From: a virus
Taxonomy: Duplodnaviria > Caudoviricetes
Length of the DNA: 52,316 nucleotides
Direction: 5' to 3' (one strand)
Virus record (IMG/VR): IMGVR_UViG_3300032278_000012
Location: 1 to 52,316 of that record
Below the pieces are notes generated by a model, which ran no database searches, was not told where the DNA came from, and saw nothing but the letters and a program-made list of their open reading frames with translations. The number at the start of each line of letters is the position of its first letter. Positions within the stretch are counted from its first letter, which is position 1. Below, one piece after another: positions 27,689 through 35,409 of the stretch. The position numbers were made by a program, and so were the translations under genes.

Positions 27689-29770
27689 TTACTTGTATAA
27701 ATGTCCGCCGTGGTAATTTCGAGGATACTTTGCAACAAAATCTATGTATCGTTGATCTGTAATATTTCCTCTTGCACCTTTGGCAGCCTGTTTCCAACCT
27801 GCGGGTTTGAATATGTCACCGTTTGCAATGTCTATGAATGCATGAATAGAACCTGCCTTACCCATTTCCCATGTTTCAACACGGTAAAATTTCTGTGCTT
27901 TTCTTGCCTTGATCTCGGTCTTTCTTTCTTTGTGCATCTTTGCAAACTCACCACTGTTTAACTGTTTGTTAATTGCATCTTCATACTTTTTAACACCATC
28001 TTCGACTGAATGATCACCTTGTATCTGACCTGCTTGAGTTGATGGTAATACTGGTGCTTCATTAATACTTTCATTTCTTATGTCAACTTCGTTTCGACCT
28101 ATTCTTAATTTTGTCAGTATCTTTTCTACTTCTGAACCACCCCAAACTGGGTGGATATTAGAAATTATGATAGCATCATCACTGTCTTGCATAACTTTTG
28201 CACCTTTACCAAGTTTGTTTTGTGCCTTTTTTAATGCCTTGAGTAGGTTTGACATATGTTTTGAGTCTATGTCCATTATGGTCACATCACCCTGTCTTTC
28301 TGCAAGAATCCTTTCGAATAGTGAAGGATTTGAAGCTAAATATTCTTGATCTTCTTTTCTAAGTTTTACTAGTTTTTGTGAATCGTATTTGAATCGAGAG
28401 ATTAAATTAGACGCTGCAAGTAAGGAAATGAAATTAATATCTGCCTTGTATAGTGCAACCAATTCGTCTTCGGGTCTACCCCTCATCATTGCTAAGAGTT
28501 TCTTACCTGTTGAAGATGTTGGATCAACACCTTTAAGACCAGCATATGCTGATTTTAATTTCTTTATCTGTGGTTCTGAAAATCCTTCTATTATCTGTTC
28601 AAAGGTAACTTCTTCATTTGCATATTGAAGTGCTTTCTTCACATCTTTATGATTAGAGAGACCTCTTTTAAGTTTCTCAATCTTTTTAACTGCATATGTC
28701 ATTGCACCACTATGATCAAGTGCAATTGTTGCTGCTTTTCTGACCATCTTATCTTTGACTGGATTTTTTCTAAAGTATGAACTGATCTCTTGTCCAGTAA
28801 GTATAGAACCATCCATTCTTCCCATTTTTTCTTGGAATTCTTCGAATGATGGTTTATCGTATTCAACACTTTCTTTCATTGTTGCATCGATGTCTGCTTT
28901 ACTGTAACCAAGATTCATTAATTTTTCTTTGAATGCTTTAGTTCTTCCATCGACACCTTTCTTTTCTTTCATTCCATATCCCCAATCCTTCAACCAATTT
29001 TCTATTGGGTCTTTCTCTTCACCCATGGCTATATCTATTGAAGAACCTTTAAGTTTCTTCCACTCGGCAGCCCATTGTTTAACTTGTTTGAGATCAACAC
29101 CGTATTTCTTTGCAATCTTGTTTACATTCAAACCGTCTTCAATGTCTGCAGCGATCTTTGAGAAATAACCTTCATCAAAATCCACTTCTTCTAGGTCTTC
29201 TGACTGAACGAATGCATTTTTCCTTTTCTTTAAATCTTTATCATCCTTTCGATCATCACCATCTGCACAATTCTCACCGTCTTCTTTCTGAACTTCTGCA
29301 TTGATCATACTTCCCCAACTCTTACTCTTGTTCGGGCCGTAGGTGTTTAACCATTTAGTAATTACACCCCTTGCATCTTTGTTAGATGGTAGAGCTGCAA
29401 TATCATCTGCTAAACCATCATCATCAACATAAGGAGAGATTGCTTGTTGTGCATCTTTTGCTTTAAGAGGTTTTTGTAATAATTTCTTTAATGCCTTTTG
29501 TTGTTGTTTGGTCTTAGGAACTGTCATTGTTCCTTCTTCTAGAGGTTTTTCTGTGACTGTGATTTCTTCGTTATAAGGATAACCTTTAAGAGGATTTGAA
29601 AATACTTGTGAGAATTGTTTCCGAGTTTTTTTCTTTTGTTCGTGGAAAAACTTTTCTCTTTCTTTTATAAAAGACATAACAGTTTGGCCAGGCGTATCTG
29701 CTTGATATGCAGTCCTAGTTTCATCAGTTCCCTGTTCGTGAACTCCGTTATCTGTGTAATTACCTGACAT
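27689..29770 (-). CDS. 693 aa multi-module protein (putative internal-head polyprotein)
   Basis: Series of ~40-90 aa modules joined by Glu-rich linkers (PLEE, LEEVDFDE, ESVE, ANEE, IIE, ILAE, ESINE); C-terminal SIHAFID...GDIFKPAGWK..AK domain. Confidence 0.65.
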   Translation of the reverse strand: MSGNYTDNGVHEQGTDETRTAYQADTPGQTVMSFIKEREKFFHEQKKKTRKQFSQVFSNPLKGYPYNEEITVTEKPLEEGTMTVPKTKQQQKALKKLLQKPLKAKDAQQAISPYVDDDGLADDIAALPSNKDARGVITKWLNTYGPNKSKSWGSMINAEVQKEDGENCADGDDRKDDKDLKKRKNAFVQSEDLEEVDFDEGYFSKIAADIEDGLNVNKIAKKYGVDLKQVKQWAAEWKKLKGSSIDIAMGEEKDPIENWLKDWGYGMKEKKGVDGRTKAFKEKLMNLGYSKADIDATMKESVEYDKPSFEEFQEKMGRMDGSILTGQEISSYFRKNPVKDKMVRKAATIALDHSGAMTYAVKKIEKLKRGLSNHKDVKKALQYANEEVTFEQIIEGFSEPQIKKLKSAYAGLKGVDPTSSTGKKLLAMMRGRPEDELVALYKADINFISLLAASNLISRFKYDSQKLVKLRKEDQEYLASNPSLFERILAERQGDVTIMDIDSKHMSNLLKALKKAQNKLGKGAKVMQDSDDAIIISNIHPVWGGSEVEKILTKLRIGRNEVDIRNESINEAPVLPSTQAGQIQGDHSVEDGVKKYEDAINKQLNSGEFAKMHKERKTEIKARKAQKFYRVETWEMGKAGSIHAFIDIANGDIFKPAGWKQAAKGARGNITDQRYIDFVAKYPRNYHGGHLYK

Positions 29771-29785
29771 AATTTCCTCTCTTAT

Positions 29786-31255
29786 CTATTTATTTGCATT
29801 AAAAGCAGCGATTGCCATTGACCTAACTTTTTTTGCAGATTTACCTTTGAATTGTGGTGCATCTGATTTACTAAAATCACTGATGTAATCACCTACAGTT
29901 GCATTTGCATCTAATTCTTCTGTTACTTTAAGACCTAATTTCTTTTGATATCTGTTAATCTGTTTTAGTAAAGTCTTCTTCTCACCCTTATTCTTTGTGT
30001 TAAGATACTTTTGCATGAGATCAATCATTGCATCACCATCAACACCTTCTGAATGTGTGTGCATACCCTTCTTCTTGTGGTGTTCATTTGCAGTTCGAAG
30101 TGCAGCTAATACCCTTGAATCATCTGATAATCCTTTCTTCAATTTCTCTATTGCTTTGACTGCACCAGTATAATTTCCTTGAAAATATTTTGGAGACTTG
30201 ATAAGTTTGATTGCCTTGTTCACTAATGAACGTGAGAATGATTCTTGAATGGATTCTGCTTTATAACCCTTTTTAAGTAAGTCTTTCTTAAACTTTTCAA
30301 GTGATGGTTTGTTTTTGAATATTTCCATATCAAAGAAATCACTGCCATCTTTATGTTTCTTTTTACCATCGTGATAACTTATAGTATATTTTGCCTTACC
30401 AACATTGTCTGTTTGACGAAATGTTTTTTTACCTTCTGAAAAAGATTCTCCATATCCTATTGCATCTTTTTCCTTATTCTTTGGTATTGAATCCCAATAC
30501 TTATCTCTTGAAGATGGTAATTTTCTAATGGAATTATATAATTTGTTTAAATTAACTGGTGGTTTTAATTTCTTTTTCGTATCACCAAATGCTACCATAA
30601 GTGGATCGGGGCCATGGACATAATCTTTTTTAAAGAGTTTAATTGCATGTTTTGGTGCATGAATTCTAAGATAAGCTTGAACTAATTTATCTGCTTTTTT
30701 CCAGTCTGATTCTTTACCAAACCTAATCTCGAAATCATCAATCATTTCTTCTTGAAGATTTGCTTCAAATAAAGCACCTATATCACCACCACTTACATAA
30801 TCAGGTAACATTTTGTTTAAATCAAAAGCTGAAATCTTATGGATTTTTGCAACTTTTTTTGCAAAAGCACCCATTGTCTTACTCTTCATCATCTTCTTTG
30901 CAATATCTTTACCTTTTGCTTGTTTCTTGGAGAATGCTTCGTTTGTTTCTCTTGACGATTGATTTGCTTCTCTTTCTTTTTCTGTATCGTCATTATCTTT
31001 CTGTCTTTCGTTCTCTCTTTCGTGACGTGTTTTAAGTGCCTCTTTTTCTCTTTCGTGTTTATTTGCAAGGTCATCTATTTCCCCTGCTTGGTCTACTTTA
31101 AGTCTTGCAGCGTCTTCTGCATCTTCCATGAAGACATTAAAAGTTTTTGTGTGGGGATAATTAGGAGTTTTTATAGGATATCGTTGCAAAACTTGATCTA
31201 TATCATCGTCTTGAATTTTCCTAATTCTATCTATAATCTTGAATAGTGTTGTCAT
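29786..31255 (-). CDS. 489 aa multi-module protein (putative internal-head polyprotein)
   Basis: Modules separated by ETNE, LFEANLQEE, ESFSE, ESIQES, VTEE; one module shared with the 693 aa protein; late promoter. Confidence 0.65.
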   Translation of the reverse strand: MTTLFKIIDRIRKIQDDDIDQVLQRYPIKTPNYPHTKTFNVFMEDAEDAARLKVDQAGEIDDLANKHEREKEALKTRHERENERQKDNDDTEKEREANQSSRETNEAFSKKQAKGKDIAKKMMKSKTMGAFAKKVAKIHKISAFDLNKMLPDYVSGGDIGALFEANLQEEMIDDFEIRFGKESDWKKADKLVQAYLRIHAPKHAIKLFKKDYVHGPDPLMVAFGDTKKKLKPPVNLNKLYNSIRKLPSSRDKYWDSIPKNKEKDAIGYGESFSEGKKTFRQTDNVGKAKYTISYHDGKKKHKDGSDFFDMEIFKNKPSLEKFKKDLLKKGYKAESIQESFSRSLVNKAIKLIKSPKYFQGNYTGAVKAIEKLKKGLSDDSRVLAALRTANEHHKKKGMHTHSEGVDGDAMIDLMQKYLNTKNKGEKKTLLKQINRYQKKLGLKVTEELDANATVGDYISDFSKSDAPQFKGKSAKKVRSMAIAAFNANK

Positions 31256-31263
31256 AATACTAT

Positions 31264-32586
31264 TTATCCTTTTGCTTTCTTCATTAATTCATGTTCTTTC
31301 CAATGAAGTGCATTCTTAGTAGAAGGGAATCTAGAAGTCCATGACAACATTTGACCGTAGAGTTTGTTTGCCTTTTTCTTCAATGCATCCAACGTATCAT
31401 CATTCTTTACTTCAATAAAATCATTACCAAACATTCTCAGGTAATCTTGACCGTGTTTTTGTGCATTCATCCAATCCTTTTCAACTATCGCAGGTGGAAG
31501 TTTTCTTGACCGTGCTAAATTTCTATCCTGTGCATTTGCAAGTGAAGTGTTTACATAGATCATCTTGTATTCATATCCAAGTGTATCTAATAATGCTTTG
31601 TATGCCTGTATTTTAGTTTTCTTTGCACTAGTAGTGTCAAAGATTAATCCGAGTCTTCCTTGGATATATCCATTCAAACCTTTTGCAACGAGTTCCTTTG
31701 CTCTTCCACGAAGTTGATCCCTGACCTTGGGATCAATTGTTCTTAAATCCAATGAAATTGAATTTTTCTTTAATGCCTTTTCAAATGCAGTGTCAGTGTT
31801 TACCAGTTTAAGACCAAGTGCTTTGAGGGACAGTGCATTCACTATAGTGGATTTACCACTGCCGGGGCCACCCATGAGGAACACTGCCTTAAAGATACCC
31901 TGATCATATACCCCTTCCTTAATCAAGTCTTCTAAGATGTAGGTTGGTAGAGTTGACTCTGTAATCCCCATACCTTTTCTGACTGCCTTATAGAGTGTCT
32001 CTGCATCTTTCTTGTTTTTCGATGGAACACCCTTTTTAAATTCTTCGAAATCACCCTTATCTGCAAACATTCTTAGTTTTGATGCACTCATACCTGACAC
32101 GTCATCTGAGTCGGGGTCTCTTTCCCCTGCTGAAATGATTTCAATCGATTTAAAATCGTAGTGTCCGTGTCTTCCGTATTTTCCGTTGTATGTTCGGATG
32201 AGTTGATCAAATTCTCGAACCCTATCTGACCCTACAACAAGTCTTATACTAGTGTATCCCTGTTCATACAAGAATGCAAGACAATCAAATATCGTTCTCG
32301 CAGGAGTGTCTATTACTTTAACCTTCTTAAAGAACTTCCTAAGAAACTTTATCTTAACTTTGTGGGTTAGTGGATTTTTTCTTGCATCCACGGAATGAGT
32401 TGGAAACAACATAACGTGAAATCCACCCTTAGATGCTTTGTTTAATTTATCAACAAGTTTTCCATGTCCTATGGTAGGTGGATTGAAACGACCAAAAGTG
32501 AACACTACACCCTTGTCTTTCTTTGCTTCGTTTATAAACGATTCAAATGTTTTAACTGGTGATATTTCTGATGGTTTTATTTCCAT
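31264..32586 (-). CDS. HIGH-family nucleotidyltransferase (cytidyltransferase-like) fused to a P-loop kinase
   Basis: FGRFNPPTIGH, VVGSDR, SAGERDPD, MSASKLR; then AVFLMGGPGSGKST...IFDTT...RN..RSR. Confidence 0.85.
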   Translation of the reverse strand: MEIKPSEISPVKTFESFINEAKKDKGVVFTFGRFNPPTIGHGKLVDKLNKASKGGFHVMLFPTHSVDARKNPLTHKVKIKFLRKFFKKVKVIDTPARTIFDCLAFLYEQGYTSIRLVVGSDRVREFDQLIRTYNGKYGRHGHYDFKSIEIISAGERDPDSDDVSGMSASKLRMFADKGDFEEFKKGVPSKNKKDAETLYKAVRKGMGITESTLPTYILEDLIKEGVYDQGIFKAVFLMGGPGSGKSTIVNALSLKALGLKLVNTDTAFEKALKKNSISLDLRTIDPKVRDQLRGRAKELVAKGLNGYIQGRLGLIFDTTSAKKTKIQAYKALLDTLGYEYKMIYVNTSLANAQDRNLARSRKLPPAIVEKDWMNAQKHGQDYLRMFGNDFIEVKNDDTLDALKKKANKLYGQMLSWTSRFPSTKNALHWKEHELMKKAKG

Positions 32587-32723
32587 TACATCCATTCCTC
32601 AAACATGTCTTTTCCTACTCCACAATCGGGACATTCCCAATCGTCAGGAAGGTCTTTAAAAAGGATGTCTTCTTCCCATTCATTATACTCATGGGCACAG
32701 ACGATGCATTTGTAAATATGCAT
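32586..32723 (-). CDS. Rubredoxin (45 aa, not in ORF track)
   Basis: [13 protein letters not shown]...[20 protein letters not shown]: canonical CxxC...LPDDWxCPxCG. Confidence 0.9.
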   Translation of the reverse strand: MHIYKCIVCAHEYNEWEEDILFKDLPDDWECPDCGVGKDMFEEWM

Positions 32724-33095
32724 TTACGCATCCTTCTTCTTCTTAGTCTTCATCATCTCTTTTGCTCTTACTTTAGGAATCATTTTCTTTGCAATTCTTT
32801 GGATAGCAGACTTCTTCTTCTCTAATCTTTTTTCTAGTTCTTTCTTTGCACCCATAGACAAATCTGATTTACTTCTACCCTTAAGAATCTTCCTGATTAA
32901 AAGATTTCTTGCAGCCTTATTTGCTTTCTTTGCAACCTTTTTAGGATTCAGAATAGGTTTCTTCATTGCCTTCTTTCTTTTGAAAAGAATCTTTGCTTTG
33001 TTCCTTCTGAACGCAGCGCGCATCTTCATACGAGTTTGCATAGATGCAACCTCTTCTATTCCTTCTTCTCCTATAAATTCTTTAAATGATTTCAT
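32724..33095 (-). CDS. Very basic protein with capsid-targeting-like N-terminus
   Basis: MKSFKEFIGEE followed by a Lys/Arg-rich body. Confidence 0.7.
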   Translation of the reverse strand: MKSFKEFIGEEGIEEVASMQTRMKMRAAFRRNKAKILFKRKKAMKKPILNPKKVAKKANKAARNLLIRKILKGRSKSDLSMGAKKELEKRLEKKKSAIQRIAKKMIPKVRAKEMMKTKKKKDA

Positions 33096-33096
33096 C

Positions 33097-33501
33097 TTAA
33101 CCTTTTAATGGTGCTAGTTTGTTCTTCTTTCTCAATACATTTAACTGTTTGACAACCTTCTTGTATGCATCTGACCCTGCTGGTAAGTCCATTGCATTAC
33201 CAAACAATTTAGACATTTTTGCATCATCAGGTGTTCCCCAAAATTCTCTTAATCGTGGTTCTGTTCTATTATACTTTTGTGTAACAACAGATAAATTAGA
33301 CCTGTCATTATTCAAGGGATCATTATCCTTATGATGCACGTCCATTCCTTTAAGGTTCTTTCTATTCTTTAAGAGTCTTCGTGCTTCGTTTCTTTTAGAT
33401 CGTCTTGCAATCTGTTCGGGTCTAGAATGATAATTCTTATACTCTTTCTTGTAGTTCCGTTCTTCACCCCACATTCTAACAAATTCTTGAAATGAAAACA
33501 T
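33097..33501 (-). CDS. HNH-domain protein plus short C-terminal module
   Basis: DVHHKDNDPLNNDRSNL......NR; start MFSFQEF 1 nt after the upstream stop. Confidence 0.75.
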   Translation of the reverse strand: MFSFQEFVRMWGEERNYKKEYKNYHSRPEQIARRSKRNEARRLLKNRKNLKGMDVHHKDNDPLNNDRSNLSVVTQKYNRTEPRLREFWGTPDDAKMSKLFGNAMDLPAGSDAYKKVVKQLNVLRKKNKLAPLKG

Positions 33502-33502
33502 C

Positions 33503-34711
33503 TTACTTATCCCACTGTTTTGCAGCGGTGAAATTATTGAATGCAAATTCCATTCGATCAACCAATTTTACTGCCTTACCTTGTCGATCAATTGCAACAT
33601 AACCTTCGGGATTAACTGCTTCAAATCCCTTATCCGTTTTCTTGAATGTTCCTATTGACTTAACCCTATTCAATGCATTGATAATAAGTTGTTTTGACTT
33701 TACAAGGTATCCTTGAAACTTTGTTAAATTGATCAATAATTTTTTAAGACCTTTTAACTCGGACATTATCTGTTCACCAATCTCTACTTTAACATCAATG
33801 TTTTGTTGTTTCTTTAACTTACCAACTACCTTATCTCTCCAATACACTTCAACATGATTAAGATATCCTTCGGGAGTTGGGTTGTAGGTTCCACTTCTGA
33901 TAAGTGCATTATGATATGTCTTATAAGTTGCACCTGCGGCACCTTTACTAGTCATGGTTTTTTGGATTTTCATAAACTTACCTAAATCGTTCTTGGTGAT
34001 ACCATGAAATGATTTACCCACTACACTCAATGATTGTGTTAACGTAAGTGTTTCTTTTGCAGTCATGTTTCCAGTTCCACTAACATCTTTATAGGTTGCA
34101 TCATCAACCCAAATATCTTTAGAATGTCCTAAACCTTTAAGGTTTACACCAAATGATGCAGACAATCCATCGATTGTTGACCCCTTGTAAGTAGTGTGAA
34201 ATACTATACCAAATTTTGCATCTCGAATCTCAGAACCTAAGTCTGAATCTTCGTCCACTGCATAGAGAATAGTATTGGGTTGAAAGGTAATATAAGACTT
34301 ACCATCTATATTTTTTGTTTTCTTATCTCCACTGGTAAACATTAGATCACCTTGAAGAATATTTTTAAAAGATAATTTAGATAGATGTTTGAATGCTTCT
34401 AAGAATTTAGTTTCAAGATCACCACTTAATTCGGGTGCATCTTTGATTTGTTGTTCGGATGTATAGAACTTAGGGTCTTTAGTGAATAGAGATTTCTTTG
34501 CAACAAAGAACTGATTCGTTTCGGGATGTTTTCCAACAAAAAGAGCAGGAGCTCCGTCCCATTTAACAGTCATATTGACTTTAGACTTGGAGTTCCCCTT
34601 TAACATGTCTCGAAGGCCTCGTAGGAAGTTAACTGCACCCCTACCACCATCAATACCTTGATTGATGATTTCGTCTTCTAGATGTTCTAAATGTAAATTT
34701 TTTGCGCCCAT
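33503..34711 (-). CDS. DUF6267-like protein with ATP-dependent ligase-like motifs
   Basis: HLEHLED, VKWDGAP (motif I KxDG), QGDL, PEGYV, VKLVDR. Confidence 0.7.
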   Translation of the reverse strand: MGAKNLHLEHLEDEIINQGIDGGRGAVNFLRGLRDMLKGNSKSKVNMTVKWDGAPALFVGKHPETNQFFVAKKSLFTKDPKFYTSEQQIKDAPELSGDLETKFLEAFKHLSKLSFKNILQGDLMFTSGDKKTKNIDGKSYITFQPNTILYAVDEDSDLGSEIRDAKFGIVFHTTYKGSTIDGLSASFGVNLKGLGHSKDIWVDDATYKDVSGTGNMTAKETLTLTQSLSVVGKSFHGITKNDLGKFMKIQKTMTSKGAAGATYKTYHNALIRSGTYNPTPEGYLNHVEVYWRDKVVGKLKKQQNIDVKVEIGEQIMSELKGLKKLLINLTKFQGYLVKSKQLIINALNRVKSIGTFKKTDKGFEAVNPEGYVAIDRQGKAVKLVDRMEFAFNNFTAAKQWDK

Positions 34712-34712
34712 A

Positions 34713-34751
34713 ATAGTAGAATAACACTTTTGTGTGTGTTTATCTACTATT
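34713..34751 (-). promoter_or_regulatory. Hairpin overlapping late promoter and translation start region
   Basis: cATAAATAGTAGATAAACAC-loop-GTGTTATTCTACTAT-T-ATG. Confidence 0.55.
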
Positions 34752-34761
34752 TATGATTTTT

Positions 34762-35160
34762 TTACGTTGCAGATTGACCGTATGCTACATCCATAGAAAT
34801 CTCCCAATTTCCATCGATTTGTGCTTGGTATGCAATCTTCTTAAGATTCATATTATCAATGACTGCTTGTGCAGCTGTTTTATCTGTTGTCCAACGTGAA
34901 AGTTGTGTAGCAATATATGTGTCAACTTCTGATTGTGTTCCAAGATCACCTTCGCCTCTGCAAACTAAAGGTTCAGCAGGATCACCAGCCGTTTCACTAT
35001 AGTTGGTAATTGCAGTAGATAATTCTTCTTTAGTAGTTCCAGCGGAAAGACCGTCATAGAAATCAATCATTTTTTGTTGTTCAGTCATGCCTGATTGGAT
35101 ACTAGTAATATTTGTGTTTATTACTGTAATAGTATCTGCAAGATCGTCAAGATGTGCCAT
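34762..35160 (-). CDS. Hypothetical helical protein (late)
   Basis: GAGG RBS, TAAATA upstream. Confidence 0.65.
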   Translation of the reverse strand: MAHLDDLADTITVINTNITSIQSGMTEQQKMIDFYDGLSAGTTKEELSTAITNYSETAGDPAEPLVCRGEGDLGTQSEVDTYIATQLSRWTTDKTAAQAVIDNMNLKKIAYQAQIDGNWEISMDVAYGQSAT

Positions 35161-35196
35161 TTGTTTACCTCTAAATTAAGTGATTTATATCGTTAT

Positions 35197-35373
35197 TTAG
35201 GTTTTTGCAAGTGGCATAGAGTGTAGATGTTTATCTATTTTGTTGATTTGTCGAGTAAGTAATCTGACTTGTTTTTTGTCGTTTTCTGATTTTGCGACGC
35301 GTAACTGCATTTTCAACGATACCTTTTTACTGATATCATCAATAACTTCATGTGATTTTAAGTTCTTACCCAT
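35197..35373 (-). CDS. Small basic protein (58 aa, not in ORF track)
   Basis: MGKNLKSHEVIDDISKKVSLKMQLR...; TATAAATA at ~35396-35403. Confidence 0.6.
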   Translation of the reverse strand: MGKNLKSHEVIDDISKKVSLKMQLRVAKSENDKKQVRLLTRQINKIDKHLHSMPLAKT

Positions 35374-35409
35374 AATATTAAATAATGTATAATGGTATTT
35401 ATATGCATT

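Noticed and set aside
33097-33501. HNH gene as a mobile homing endonuclease
   Set aside because: Short, no extra DNA-binding domain, tightly coupled in the operon with a CTS-like N-terminus; no evidence of mobility
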